Shown: positions 1 through 21,579 of the stretch, piece after piece
Numbering within the stretch: the first letter of the stretch is position 1
Layout: every line of letters starts with the position of its first letter
Origin: the human T2T-CHM13v2.0 reference genome, Homo sapiens
Length of the DNA stretch: 64,000 nucleotides
Strand: one strand, 5' to 3'
Assembly (NCBI RefSeq): GCF_009914755.1
Contig: NC_060936.1
Position numbers and translations under genes: made by a program
Notes under the pieces: model-generated
Seen by the model: only the letters and a program-made list of their open reading frames with translations
The model's database searches: none
Told to the model about the DNA's origin: nothing

Positions 1-592
1 GCCGGCAAGAGCCAGTCCTACAGTGTGACCACATCCTGTCCATTCTGGGTCTTGGTGGCAAGCCAGGATGATTCAGGCAGTTGGGCTTTATTACGTTATC
101 CCTTCTTTGCCCTCTGAAAGCTGAGTTTTGAAATAGTTAGGATCTTATACAACATCTCAGATTCAGCATGCTGTGCAGGAGGTGGGGAGAAAAGGGTACA
201 AAAGAGGAAAATGTTCAGTGAAGGTGTTATTACAATGGAGGGGAATATGAAAGTGGAAATTGATACCTTTTCCTCTTGGGATTTAATTAAGTCTATAAAA
301 TTAAGGTGTTGCAATACATAATGTCTATGATTTTTTTTTTACCAGCTCTAAATCTCTGAGATGGCTGTGTTTTAGAGCTGCATGTTCTGCTTATTTACTG
401 CCTGTCCTTTACATTTCAAATTCATTCAATATTTTTCCAAAGTACAGAATAGTTTTGCCTAGTTGCAGTAATTTTCACCTAGACTTCAGGGATCTTCCAT
501 CAACTCTTTTATGTATTTTTTCTCCTTTGTTTTTCCACTCTGGTCACTCAGTTCTAGCCAAGATAGTCCACCTTATTTTAGCACTTGTACTA

Positions 593-705
<113 letters not shown>

Positions 706-709
706 GTAA

Positions 710-1053
<344 letters not shown>

Positions 1054-1289
1054 TTCTACATTTTTTTTTTAACCATTTCATAGTTCCCTTTTTCTTTGAA
1101 CACTTGGTCCAAACTCACTTTTCTTCTGGATTCATATTTTCTGATCTCACCTATTATAGAACTGATATGTTACGTTTGTTTTCATTGATGCGTCTGTACT
1201 TGGCTTCAGAGAGCAGAACAAGGCCCTGTGAGTCACTGGGAGCCAGATTTTGGATCAAAATAAATCACTTTCTGACAAGTGTAGTTGTC

Positions 1290-1440
1290 TAGTAATGGAA
1301 TGAGGCAGTCTTCTTAGGAAGTAATGAATTCCCTGTCACCAAAAGGGAGAAGCTAGTGAGCCACTTGCTGAGAATACTCTATGGGGAGTTGTCCTTAGGA
1401 AGGGGTATATCTAGAATGATCTCTAAGGTTCATTCTTATT
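1290..1440 (+). mobile_element. L3/MIR3 (CR1-type) 3' remnant
   Basis: gtaatgaattccctgtcac...ctagaatgatctctaaggt resembles the CR1/MIR3 tail. Confidence 0.5.
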
Positions 1441-1822
1441 CGGATTTCTTTGATTTTTATCATTCCAGGTGTTCCAAATAATTTGATAAGTTTATGTTTT
1501 TTATACTTTTCCCACCACCAGAGCAGTGTTTCCAACATGGTTAAATTGTTCTGCTTTAATGTTTGGCATTTCACACTATTTGATGACTGTAAACATTTGG
1601 AATGTTTTCACAGTGTCTCAAAACTTTATTTTGATTTATGTTTTGCTTTATTTTCAGAAGAAAACTAATGGGTAATATAAAGCTTTAAGATGAGTGTATC
1701 TCTAAATTTGGAGAGCTTTCAGTGAAACTGTACATTTTGAAGCTACGTGGTTGCATTGAGGGAGGTCTACAGCCTCCAGAATCTTCTTTTTCACACACAC
1801 GGGCACATGTGCATGTGCATGA

Positions 1823-2576
<754 letters not shown>

Positions 2577-2608
2577 TAGTCCAATATTTTATAATCTGCA
2601 TTGTCAAC

Positions 2609-2945
2609 TAGTCAGGCCCCAGAATCTGTGGGTTCAGCATCCTTGGATTCTGCATCCTTGGATTGAAAATATTTGGAAAAAAAATTGCATCGGTACTAAA
2701 CGTATACAGGCTTTTTTTGGTCATTGTTCCCTGAATAATTCAGCATAACAGCTATTTACATAGCATTTACATCGTATTAGGTATTATAAGTAATCTAGAG
2801 ATGATTTAATGTATACTGGAGGATGTGTGTAGGTTACATGCAAATACTACACTATTTTATCTCAGAGACTTGAGCATCTGTGGATTTTGGTATCTGCAGG
2901 GGGTCCTGGAACCCCCACACCCTCACCCAGACTGAGGGATGACTG
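2609..2945 (-). mobile_element. MER2 (TcMar-Tigger MITE)
   Basis: ggtattataagtaatctagagatgattta...ggattttggtatctgcagggggtcctggaacc...gagggatgactg+TA matches the MER2 reverse complement. Confidence 0.85.
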
Positions 2946-3009
2946 TATTTACGTTATCTACCACTCTGATGTTTTCTTTTTGCTTTAGATTGCCCATTAC
3001 CTCTTCATC

Positions 3010-3340
3010 TGTTTCATTTATTCATTCAAAAATTTGTATTGAGTGGCTACTGTGTCGGGCATGGTGCCACTTGCTGGAGATACAGCGTTGAACAAGACAG
3101 ACCCAATGGGGCTGCCTGGGTGGAGCTTATGTTTCAGACTGGGAAGAGAGTCAACGAACATCCACACATATTTCAGTTGTGAGAGGTGCCATGAGGGAAG
3201 AGACAGACTGGCTGGGGAAAGCGTGATCAGGCAGTCTTCCCCAGGAGGTGAGACTTGAGCCCAGACCTGAATGATGACAAGGAGCCAGTCATGTGGAGAC
3301 TGGGGAATGTGATTTTTAAGAAGAGGACAAGTGCCAAGAT
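3010..3340 (-). mobile_element. L2 3' fragment
   Basis: ttcatttattcattcaa...tattgagtggctactgtg...gatacagcgttgaacaagacag. Confidence 0.75.
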
Positions 3341-3549
3341 CTGCGAACTCTGTTGTAGTTGTTAGGGGAAGGGATGGGTTACCATGCTCTGTAAAAATGA
3401 CCATTCATATTTGAAATATGACCATTCTGTAACACAGTGTATTGCCTACTGGATTTTTCTAATGAGGTATTGGGTCTCAACATTGGAAATGTTTGAGCAG
3501 ACCTTGGATATCTCCCTGAGGTCTTCTCTGAGAAGAGGTGGGTAGGAAC

Positions 3550-3716
3550 TAGTGACTTTCAATACAGACTGTATGTTAGAATCACCTGGGTGATTTATAA
3601 AACTACTGCTGCCTGGACCCCACTCCGGGAGAGTTAAATCACTCATTGGAAGTGGAGCCTGGCTTCAGCATGTGAATCCCACTTCCCTTAGAGATGCAGC
3701 CAGGGTAAAGAACCCC
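3550..3716. mobile_element. MER5A-like hAT-Charlie MITE
   Basis: ttagaatcacctggg...gcctggaccccactcc...gatgcagccaggg...gaaccc. Confidence 0.7.
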
Positions 3717-3784
3717 TCTTCTATATTTCCAACTTGAGGACTAAATGACCCCATGGGCGTAGAAGTGTTTAGTAAGAAAATCTA

Positions 3785-4153
<369 letters not shown>

Positions 4154-5143
4154 CTACTTTCTGAAAATGAAAATATTAAATCCTTCCTGAAAACAGAAAA
4201 TATCAAAAACTTAACTGCATTAGACAGAGATATATGTTAACTTTGAGTGCATTTAATTTTGTATTCTTGAGTACTGTTTAAAGTGTCTTTTAAAAGTTCT
4301 CTCTTATTGTGTCTATTTATTTTATTCTGTTTGCAGTTTTTATGCCAACTTTACACATTTGTAAATAGAATATTTAAAAAGAATTTTTTTTGAGGGATTG
4401 ATCTCTAACTTCTTGGTGACTTATAGTTGTTCTTTTGGTTGTACATCTTTACTGTTTTCCAACATTTTAAGGAGAAAAAGCACTACTCTCAAATGTAATA
4501 TTTAACTGCTGTGTTTCTATCTTTAAATATAGAATTGAAAATGAGAACCTGTTTATATTTATGGGAGCAATAGCAATATGTGTACAATAACAGTAGCAAT
4601 TTCCTTAAGAATGTTCTGTTGCAGTTTGGCGTGGGTCTGTGATAGAAGGTTCAGAATGATGGGTCTTTGTTTTTCTCTTGCATACTGCAGAGTAATGTGG
4701 AATCAAATACCACTATTGAAGAGCTCTTAGTCATCAATTTTTGAAACTGAAAGAGGTTTATATTGTAAGAAGGATGGGCCCTGTTGATAAGCCTCACTGA
4801 TTGCTACTTGCTAGATGGTTTTAGGAGATATCTTGAAGTTGACCTTGTGTGAGGTTACTGGATGGAAACAGCATGAGTTTAATCTTGTACATGACTTCTT
4901 TTGTTGAGCTGGAGATACTATTGTCTTGCAGATTATCTCTTTGGCACGCATGACCATTTTTTTTTTGTCTTTTAAATCACAAACTGGCTTTCTTTCTGCT
5001 AAGGTTGGTGTGCTTAGATTCTTTAAGCTCCAAATCTCAAGAAAATATAGGAAGGAAAATCAACCATTAGAGAGAGAGAGAGAGAGAGAAAAAAAAAAGG
5101 AAAAAATATAATGTGCTCCAAACTGATTATAAATAGCTTTTGA

Positions 5144-5454
<311 letters not shown>

Positions 5455-5513
5455 TCCATAGATAATTTTAAAAATTCATACCAGATCTTAATTAATGTTG
5501 GCATTAAAAACTA

Positions 5514-6302
<789 letters not shown>

Positions 6303-6351
6303 TCAGTTTGTTAATATTTTACAATAATTTAGAAGTAGAACCCTTTCTTAA

Positions 6352-6768
<417 letters not shown>

Positions 6769-7114
6769 TCATGTTTTATAATCAGGTGCTATTTTTCATT
6801 GTGGCATAATAAGTAATATATTTTTGTAAATCATGTTGAAGTGCTTGAGACAATACAAGCAATTATTTGCTAAAATTTAGACCAGGGTCTCAAAACAACA
6901 ATTACATTTTTAGATAATGGTCACAGTAAGTCTTTTCAGAAAAAAGCAACGAAGAAAACTCTAGACCAATGAGATTTTAGTCATCATTAATCAATGCCAA
7001 ACGAAAAAATCTTAAGATGTATTTAAATTTGTGATGCCAGTGTGATTCAGAAATTTGAAAAATGGATTTCAAAGTAATGCTGTGAGCAGATAGGTCATTG
7101 TATAAACATAACTA

Positions 7115-7562
7115 ATGGTTCATTCATTCATTCCTACAATAATGATTCAGTGTCAGATTTGGGTGTTGAAAATACAGCAGAGAACAAACACAACAGAAGG
7201 TCCATATTTGCGGAGCCTACATTTTGTGGGGGAAGAGAGATGATAAACAAAATGAATGAGTTAAGTAGATATAGCACGTTAGATCATCCAAAATGCTATG
7301 GGGGGAAAAAACCCTGGGAATAGGGAGATGGCATGTGAAGTGGAAGAAGGTTATGATTTTCAATAGAGTGATCAGAGAAAGCCTCATTGAGAAGACACAC
7401 TAAGGAGGCCATGTGGCTGGAGGGGACTGAGTTAGGGGGTGAATAGTAGGTGAGACCAGAGGGGGCCACATGATGTAGCAGCTTCTAGATTATCAGGACT
7501 TTGGCTTTTGCTCTGAGTGAGATGGGAAACTTTCAGAGAGCTTTGAGCAGAAAAGTCACAAT
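7115..7562 (-). mobile_element. L2 fragment
   Basis: ttcattcattcattc...ggactttggcttttgctctgagtgagatgggaaac...tttgagcag. Confidence 0.75.
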
Positions 7563-7781
7563 GTTCTGCACTTTTTCCTTCATTGAGATAACCTCTGCAT
7601 ACATTCAAGCACGACTAAGACCCCCTTCAGGGAAAAGAAGTTTTCATTAACTCAGTATCCCATGAGGTATATGGCATTCTCTTCCTTCCCACCATAGCAG
7701 GTGTTTAATAGGTGGTTATGGTATTGCACTGATTTAGGCTGGGAAAAAAATAAAGATGAAGTTATTAAGACAGCCAGTTGT

Positions 7782-8122
<341 letters not shown>

Positions 8123-8519
8123 TTAAAAATAACCACTTGTTTGCCTAGGTTAAACCCATTTACTCAAAAGACACTGCGCTGACTTGCCTGGTTCCTTGTA
8201 CCTGAATCTTTACCTAAGTGTCTTGTGCTCTCTGTCCTTTATTCTCCATAATGCGAGCTATCCAGTAGACCCTAGCCAAAGGGGACATAAAGACAGTCTC
8301 AACATTGTATTACTGGTTCTGTGCTACAGTTGTCATTCAAGTTCCTGAGAAAATGGAATGAATGTCTGTTATTCATTTATTTATTAAATCTTTAGAGAGC
8401 ATCATCTATATGCCAGGTATTATGCAGGCTATACAAAAATTAGGAAGACGTGATCTTTATTTTTAAGTTACTTATTTGTTGTTGGAGGCAACAGAGATAA
8501 ATGAATTGTGATATTTTAC

Positions 8520-8770
8520 TGGAAACAATATGAGTTTTTGAGTTAAGAACAGACTGTGTTTGAAATCCCTTTAGCAGCTATGTGACCTTAGGCCAATATT
8601 TGAAATGATGTGAACGTTGGTTTCCTCCTCAGTAAAATGGAGAATGATAATAACTATAAGTGGTAAGGAAAAATGCATGTGAAGGATTTAATACAGTATC
8701 TGACACATGACAAGCACTTGATAAATGATGGATGTGATGGTGACAATAATAGTAATAATAATAAAATAAT
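8520..8770 (+). mobile_element. MIR fragment within L2 remnants
   Basis: agctatgtgaccttaggc...tttcctcctcagtaaaatggagaatgataata core. Confidence 0.7.
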
Positions 8771-9946
8771 AATGTGTTGGCTGTGCTCGATAGGAGTGGA
8801 GGGTAGCAAACTCAGCTTGAATCAGAGTAATCTCCTGATCAGGCAACATTTGAGGGGGCTTTGAAGAATAAGTAGGGATTTTCCGGGGAGAGAAGAGGGG
8901 CAAAGTCATTCAGGAAGATGAAACAGCCTGTAGAAGAGGGAAGGCTGGAGAGAGTGCTGCTTGTCAGTGTCTGTGTTGTTGCAGTAGGGAGGTAGATGGA
9001 ATGGGGTGAGAGGGGAGGTGAGCCTGGAGAGATGGTTTGGGGCCAGATGGGGAAAGCTGTGTTATGGGGCTTGTCAGTTTCTGCCAGCCAAGGCTTCAGC
9101 ATAGCTGACTGTAACAAAGTTGGGAAGGCCTTGCTTTTGAGAGCCAGACCAGGAGTACCTGTGACTAACAAGGGGTCTGGGAGGATCTGCTGCTCCCATG
9201 CCCTCCTTTGTATATTTTAAATCTGTTTGAGCCTTCTGGGCTCCTGTGAATTAGGGAGAGGCAGCTCCTCAGTCTAACTCCTATTGTGACCAGGTTGCCT
9301 AATTGGCCCTTTGGTTTGGGCACCCACTGTCCTCTGCGTGGTTGGATAGATGCTGCTCCCAATGTCCCTGATCTCTTACAGACCCCTCTGATTCTTCACT
9401 CTTGGCTTTGAGAGCCCCTGATGCCCTGCAGTCTTGACTGAGCTTCTAATGGTTGATCAGACCCTTGAATGTTGAGCTCTTTCCATACTAGACTTGAATA
9501 TTCTCCTGCCCATTTGATTTGTTAATTAGGATTCATTGGCTGTTTCTCTGCTCTCCTCTTTTCTCTCTGTTCCTGCTGGTTCAAGTTTAACCTCCATTTT
9601 CTTTCTCCTCTGGGAAGTTTCCCTTATGCCTCTTGAACAGGGTCAAGAGCACTTAGGAGCTCAGATTTACACTGTATATCATGAGAAAAGCATTGAAAGT
9701 TTCAAAGCAGGAGAGTGACATAATTAGCTTTATGTTTTAAAGCGGATTTTTGACTTTAGATTCTGGCAATACAGTGGTCCTGTGGTCTAAGACATCTGAC
9801 TAACCTTCCTGCTAGCAACAATTAAAAATGCTGAGTGCAATAAAAAACTAGCCCTTAAATGGAATGAATGAGTCGACTACTTGGTAAGGATGCTCAGAGG
9901 CTAAAACTGAATCAAAGCAGGAACTCTTAGAAGTAAGCAGTGTGTT

Positions 9947-10263
<317 letters not shown>

Positions 10264-10605
10264 TCAAATCTGACTTTTGCCTTGAATGCATTTGCTGAAT
10301 CAGTATTGGTTCAATACTGAGCATTAGTTTTCCGGCCACTTAGAGTAGAGGAAATAGGAGATAAAGCCTAGAATCTCCCCAGATTTGGGCTCCAGAGGAC
10401 CCTACAACTATTGTGGGGGGAACTGGATGTGGTGGGAAAAATTGTATACCTCTTCTCAGACTTCATACCCCACCAATGGGCTCTCACCACGGTTTGCAGA
10501 CTGTTCACACCGAGTTTGTGTAGAAAGGATGAAATCTTAAGATTAGAATGAGAGTGAACGCAGGTTGGTCATGCCTGCAGCTCTCTTTGAAGACACTCGC
10601 TATCA

Positions 10606-10960
<355 letters not shown>

Positions 10961-11059
10961 AGACCCTGCAGAAATTAAAATTGTAAAAATATAAATATAC
11001 AAGGAACAGGCACCAGGCACCTTTGGCTCCACATCCTTGTCATCACTTCATACCTTGTG

Positions 11060-11815
11060 GCTCTAGTTTGCATTTTTGTGGCTGCTTATGAGGTCGTGCC
11101 TCTTCAGTATTTACAGGCATTTATGACTATCCTGCACTGAAATGCATTTCATGTCTTTGCTCATTTACCATTGGATTGTTTACATTTTTCTTCCTGATTT
11201 GTAAGAGTATACACCTATACTCATATTCTGTATACTAAGCCTTTTTAGTTATTTAGATATGTTGGAAATATCTTTTCCTAGTCCATGGGTTGTCTTTTTA
11301 CTCTTTCTGTGGTATCCTTTGAAGAAGAGAAGTTTATAATTTTAATTTAGTTGATTTATCACTCTTTTGTGTTTCTAGGTTGTATTTTTCTATTCTTAAG
11401 AAATCCTTTCCATGAAGTCATAAAAACATGCACCTATATTGTCTTCTGAATATCTTATGGTTTGACTTTTATATTTAAATCTTTAATTCTCCCTGGAATT
11501 GAGTTTTGTGTTTGGTGTGAGGTAGAAATCTAATTTAAATTTTTTCCCATGATTCCACCCCACCCCCCAATAAAATTAGCCAGTGATCTCAGTACCACAG
11601 GTTACTGAACAGTTGATCTTTCCTGCACTAATTTCCAATGTGTGTTTTGTGATAAATCAAGTTTTTATATATGCATGGGTCTATTTTTGGACTATTCTGT
11701 TACATTGGTTTGTTGGTCTATTCTTGTGCAAATGCCACACTGTCTTACTCTTACCATTTTAATATAAGTTCTTGGTAGCTGATGGAATAATTCTTCTTAT
11801 TTTGTTCTTCCCCAG
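11060..11815 (-). mobile_element. Old L1M fragment (ORF2 3' region)
   Basis: gaagagaagtttataattttaat...ctggaattgagttttgtgtttggtgtgaggtag...gggtctattttt resembles L1M antisense. Confidence 0.75.
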
Positions 11816-12093
11816 GAGTCACTGGCTTTGGACACCTTCCTTGCTGTCATAGGCTCTTTGCTTTGGAAAGCTCTCAACATTTACAAGGAAGTGACAAGTG
11901 TGAACGAAGGCAGATCACACTGTTTATTTCCGTTTCCCCAATAAGCATTAAGGAGGAGGATATTGAGGGTCTAGTTGTGGTTGTCTTAGACTTTGCACAT
12001 GTTTTTATAAGCAAAGCAGACAAGCTCCAGCAAGGGAACTCAATTGTCTAATTAGATGTTACCAGAAATCTTACTGGGGCTGTGATCTAATTC

Positions 12094-12389
12094 TTTTTTT
12101 TTTTTTTGAGACAGACTCTTGCTCTGTCATCCAGGCTGCAGTGCAGTGGCGCGATCTCAGTTCACTGCAGCCTCTGCCTCCGAGGCTCCAGTGATTCTCC
12201 TGCCTCAGCCTCCTAGGTAGCGGGGATTACAGGTGCATGCCACCACACCCGGCTAATTTTTGTATTTTTAGTAGAGACAGGGTTTCACCGTGTTGGCCAG
12301 GCTGGTCTCAAACTCCTGACCTCAGGTGATCTGCCCGCCTCCGCCTCCCAAAGTGTTGGGATCACAGGCGTGAGCCACCGCACCCGGCC
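12094..12389 (-). mobile_element. AluS SINE
   Basis: Antisense Alu; TSD ctaattctt. Confidence 0.95.
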
Positions 12390-12982
12390 TGAGCTAATTC
12401 TTAAGAAGTCACTTTGGAAAAAAATATTATTTAAGGGCTTTTCATAAAGTATTCAAAAAGGTACAAGTTCTAATCTAACAGTTCTATTTGTGATTTTTGA
12501 GGAAGCATATGCGTATTTCCACTTAAGCATCTGAAATATTGCCTCTAGTGCTGAACAAATTCTTCCCTTGGTTATTTTCCTCTTATCTCAGTCCCTGGAG
12601 AAATAAATGCCTGTACTAATTCTCTATATACATAAATGGTCTCTTTAGGTATAAATAACCTCATAATCACATAAAAGTTAAAGTTTTAATGGAAAAGGCT
12701 GAGATGAAATATTACCTAAGTAGGAATTAATTGCTTTTTATCACTTTACATTATTTCATTTTTAGTATTATGAAAAATATAATTGTTCCTTTTCTTAAAA
12801 AAAACCAGCGTAATTTGTGCTTAGTTTTAAACCAAAATTTTTCCTATATGTTTATAGTTTATATTTTCAAGCCAAAATACTTGAGTTTTTTTCCTGTCAT
12901 AATATATCAATATGAGAAATGTATTGTTACTTTAGAATCTTTTAAAACTTCTTTTTATTCCTTTTTTTGTTTTTTAAGATAG

Positions 12983-13750
<768 letters not shown>

Positions 13751-14029
13751 TCACTATGTTTCCCAGGCTGGTCTCAAACTCTGGGCTCAACCGATCTTCC
13801 CACCTCAGCCTCCCACAGTCCTGGGATTATAGACATGAGCCACCGCACCTGGCCTAAAACTCTTTCTTCAACATTAAGAAATAAGACTTTTCCAGTCTCT
13901 TTCTTAACCCTGTACCCTTTTCTTTCTCATCTTCTTTTATCCCCTCCCTTCATTAACTTTACATTGCAATACCAAGGACTTAATGGTTTGTTAAAAAAAT
14001 GAATTCTACTCAGTAGAAAATTCCTGAGA

Positions 14030-14830
<801 letters not shown>

Positions 14831-15021
14831 GTGATTGTATGTCAGTTCCCAAATACCACTCGTTAGAGAGAAGCACTGTTTAACATCTAGTATCTCATTT
14901 AGACCCTGTTTGAGCATAGATCATATGTGTGTGGAACATAAAAGTAATCGAAGTATGCTCATTCTTTTTTTAACATATCTTTCCAGGCTTCTATATAGTT
15001 AAATAAATAATGCTCCTTGAC

Positions 15022-15319
<298 letters not shown>

Positions 15320-15964
15320 GCTCCGTGACATTTAAATAAAATCATATTTTAAAGTCCAGTTGTAAGCCTATACATCCCCCTTATCACTTATCTCTAATTC
15401 ACTTCTAGACCTGGTTTGAACTTTGGATTTAGTGCTTTCAAAGTGTGATTTTTTTAAAAAAATTATTTTTCTGTTGCCGTATATTTCAGCTCTTCTCGGT
15501 CTTGAAAAGATTTGTGAGCCTTTTTGACAAAAGGTGGTGCTCATTTTCTATTTCGGTGGCTCCAGTAAAGGGAGCTGCTCTCTCATCGGATGATTATTGC
15601 CCCCAGAAGTGGTCCTACCATAGCTTTACTGGTCAGTTAGCCAGAATTTACACATTTACTCTGAGGCTTACAAAAATACTGTGTTCATAAAAAGCCCTCC
15701 TTCACATTTTGTGAAACAGTTGCATGGTGATTTGGGATATTTTAAGTTTACCATCACCTCTCTGTCCTCTGCAAAAATAAAAATTGTGGAATGTAAAACA
15801 ACTCTGTTGCACAAAAAGGGGAACTTGGTGTAGGAAAAAATAACTAGAAATGATAACTACGAGACACTGCACTCCCAAATTGAAGATTTAAAAAAATTCC
15901 TGATCGTAAATAAGAAAAATTATGGAGACATTTATCCACTGCATATCTGATGACTAAACGCTTG

Positions 15965-17230
<1,266 letters not shown>

Positions 17231-17388
17231 ATGTAAAGAAATCATATGATAAGGAGATATAAAAAGGAATAAAATAATATTTCACACTTAAATTTAGGAG
17301 ACGAAATATTTGCTTATTTGAATTTGAAAATTCTTGTGGATACCAATATTGATACTTTGTCTGAAAAATAATTTTAAGATGAGTCTCC

Positions 17389-17685
17389 TGGCCAGGCGGG
17401 GTGGCTCATGCCTGTAATCCCAGCACTTTGGGAGGCTGAGTCAGGTGGATCACCTGAGGTCAGGAGTTTGAGACCAGCCTGACCAACATGGTGAAACCCC
17501 ATCTCTACTAAAAATGCAAAAATTAGACGGGTATGGTGGTGCACACCTGTAATCCTAGCTACTCGGGAGGTTGAGGCACAAGAATCACTTGAACCTGGGA
17601 GGTAGAGGTTGCAGTGAGCCAAGATCGTGCCACTGCAAGCCAGCCTGGGCGACAGAACAAGACTCCATCTGGGAAAAAAAAAAAA
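17389..17685 (+). mobile_element. AluS SINE
   Basis: TSD aagatgagtct. Confidence 0.95.
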
Positions 17686-17967
17686 GATGAGTCTGCCAAA
17701 ATGTTTCTCATTTGGAAGGGATTCATGACTTTGCCAGAAAAACAAGCAGCATTCTATAGTTATAATGCTCTATGATGTAATTTACTGGACCTAAGTTGGC
17801 TACCTTTCATGATGCATATTAAGTGTGGAGCCATATTTCTTAGTTTCTGTTATAAAGCTAAACTGTTAAGTCATTTTTATTCCTATAAAGTCAAACAAAC
17901 TAGCCATGGATACTTTTTAACATTCTGTGAAACCAACTTTATCCAGTTTCTGAAATGGATGCCAGTT

Positions 17968-18264
17968 CTTTTTTTTTTTTTTTTGAGATGGAGTCTTGCT
18001 CTGTCCCCCAGGCTGGAGTGCAGTGGTACGATCTCTGATCACTGCAACCTCCGCCTCCCGGGTTCACGCCATTCTTCTGCCTCAGCCTCTTGAGTAGCTG
18101 GGACTACAGGCGCCTGCCACCACGCCTGGCTAAGTTTTTGTATTTTTAGTAGAGACGGGGTTTCACTGTGTTGGCCAGGATGGTCTTGATCTCCTGACCT
18201 GGTGATCCACCCACCTCGGCCTCCCAAAGTGCTGGGATTACAGGCCTGAGCCACTGTGCCTGGC
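17968..18264 (-). mobile_element. AluY/Sc-like SINE
   Basis: ggttcacgccattc diagnostic; TSD tggatgccagt. Confidence 0.93.
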
Positions 18265-18619
18265 TGGATGCCAGTACTTTTTAAACCAAAGTTAAAATAA
18301 TTATTTATAGGAAGCAGTTGTGCACTGTAGATTAGGAACATGGAGACTGGGGCATAAATATATTCTTGAGCTAGAATTAAAGTAAAACATGTGACTGATG
18401 GAAATAACAGCTCTCCCTGTGCCCTACCATGGAACTTGGTAAGCCTTTGTTAACTCACTGGCACTGCTAGATCATGCTATGGTCCCCGAGGGCCAGGGAG
18501 GCAAGTGTGCTAGTCCAAGTAAAAAGCTGATATGATCTTTGTATGAACAGAAACACTGTTTGTAATGTGATGATAATGTTGGTTTCTTGCTCCTGGGATA
18601 TTGTGTTCTAGGTAAAGTG

Positions 18620-18800
18620 GTCCAGAGACCAATGGGTGGCAGATACAGGGATACAGAGGTCAACTTAATATAAAAAAAGACCTTCTCTAATGTCTAAGAG
18701 CAGAGTGAAAGTGAGCAGGCCATCTGAGGAGAGAGAGACTTCCCTGTTGGCTCATCATGATGCTTAAGCAGAGCCAAAAAGCTACTTGGTAGGGATGTCA
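18620..18800 (+). mobile_element. L3 (CR1) fragment
   Basis: accaatgggtggcagatacaggga...cttaatataaaaaaagaccttctctaa...cttaagcagag. Confidence 0.55.
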
Positions 18801-19204
18801 AGGAAGTGAGTCAGGTGTTTTCAGCACCGCGACTCTGTCATTGTGTGCCTCTCTCCTTAATACCTCAGAATTAGAATAAAGTCTTGATAACAGTAGTGGC
18901 ACCAGTCCTGTGGTTTGTTTTGCGATGACTGTGTGGTTGTTAAACTTTCTAAGTGAAACACCATAGTGTCGGGAGCAATGCCGACAAGCCTGGCCACCTT
19001 TGGTCTACAGCAGATATTGCAAGCTGGTATCCCGTGGCCACAGTCAGGCTTGGTGATTGATAAACATTTTGATTTAGGGAGCTGCTTTTTTCAAGAAACA
19101 GAATCACATAAACAGGATTTCAGGCCAGTCTCAAAAAACTGGAAGATTTCACAGAGCCTTGGGTCCACATTTCTGTGTGGCATCAGAGGGCTAGAGGTGA
19201 ATGA

Positions 19205-19872
<668 letters not shown>

Positions 19873-19993
19873 CCTTCACCTTTCTTTTAGAAAGAGCGTG
19901 AATCTCTAATTCACCAGAGTCCCCACCATTCCATCTCATCTGAGTTATCTCACTATCTCTGTTCTTCCCTCATTTACATCATCTGTCACTTAC

Positions 19994-20048
19994 CTGTTGA
20001 CATGTGAGTTTTGACTTTTGATTGAGATGCTGACACCCTCCTTCCCTT
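19994..20048 (-). other. Candidate 55-nt exon on the minus strand
   Basis: ~50-nt pyrimidine tract + TTTCCTAG|A acceptor and CAG|GTAAGT donor; no expression evidence. Confidence 0.3.
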
Positions 20049-21260
20049 CTAGGAAAGGAAAATAAAGGGGGAAGGAAGGTGGAGAGGGACGAAGGAGAGG
20101 CGTGTGAAGGAGGATGATAGTGCAGGACTTGCATTCTCAGTTCTGCCTCTTAAATCTTGGAACCTATTTCTTCATCTAACAGTATAGGACTGATGTTTAT
20201 TTTTGTATTAGATCATATATATAGGAGTACCTGGCATATAACTTTGTCCAAAGTACACATTCTTTAGCTGGTGCTCCTCTGTGTTCCCCTGTAAAGACTG
20301 AGGCAACTATAATGTTCCACTGTTCTGTGATTATTGATTTTCAGGTCTGTTTCCTCCACCAGATTATGTGTGTCTTACTCAACTTTGTATCACCAAGCAC
20401 CTACGTGGCATTTTTTCTTTTTTGAAGGTAGGGACCATGGCTTTCTCTTTCTTTACTGGACACTGTATAGATGTCATGCAGGTCTGAACGTCACACTGTT
20501 AAATAATTACTTAACAACTGACCAGAACTAAGGCTCTGGTCTAGAGCTCCAAACCAGAAGCAAAAAGGAATGGTGCTGGGCTGGGGCACTTTCCTCTAAC
20601 ATCACCCAAACCCAGAAAACGAGGATCGTAAGCCCCTTCATGGGCCAAATGCAGGGCTGGGGCCCTTGGGCTAACCCTTTAGTGCCTCTGGCTGCATCAC
20701 TGTCAGAGTAAGGTAACCAGCAAGGGGCTGCAGGGAACAACCAGCCAGGTCCAGACATGGACAAACATAATTGGAAGGAAGACAGGAAATGGACAGGTCC
20801 TGTCCAGTGTAGATAAAATGACAGCAGCTAAGGCAGGTTGAGGGGCAGAGGAGAGGCTGGGGGATCGGTATTGTAGCAATGCAGGAGTCCTGTCCTGAGT
20901 GGCTGCTCAGGGTATTGACATGCCATTTTGATAAATACATGAATTAATGAGTGAGTTTCGAGAGTAGGGGGAGAGAGAATAACTGGGCATCCCCTTCTGT
21001 AGATCCTCAGTCTTCTAGTCTCATCTCTCTAGAAGGATATTCACCCATACTCACCTTGTCCACTTTGTGCCAGAGTTGAACATTCTTAAGAAATTAAGAA
21101 GGTGATTCTTTGCCAACCATATTCCAGTTCTTTATTTAGGAGCTATATTATCAGCTTTGCTTATGGCTCCAGAAGTGGCCATTAATACCTGGAGCTAAAA
21201 CACTGTTTTGGTTTAGCATGACTCTAGTTTTCACTGAATATTTAGTATTTTTAAGTTAGG

Positions 21261-21579
21261 TTTTTTTGTTGTTGTTGTTTTTGTTTTTGTTTTGTTTGAG
21301 ACAGTGTCTCGCTCTGTTGCCCAGACTGGATTGCAGTGGTGTGATTTCGGCTCACTGCAGCCTACACTGCCTGGGTTCAAGAAATTCTTGTGCCCCAGCC
21401 ACCTGAGTAGCTGGGATTACAGGCATGCGCCACCACACCTGGTTGATTTTTGTATTTTTAGTAGAGACAGGGTTTTGCCGTGTTTGCCAGGCTGGTCTTG
21501 AACTCCTGGCCTCAAGTGATCAGCCTGCCTCGGCCTTTCAAAGTGCTGGGATTACAGGCATGAGCCACCGCACCTGGCC
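21261..21579 (-). mobile_element. AluS/Jb SINE
   Basis: Antisense Alu. Confidence 0.93.

Noticed and set aside
18908-19069. Three adjacent stem-loops followed by ACA, superficially H/ACA snoRNA-like
   Set aside because: No ANANNA H-box in the hinge, and the stems are short and bulged; would need an Rfam/snoGPS hit
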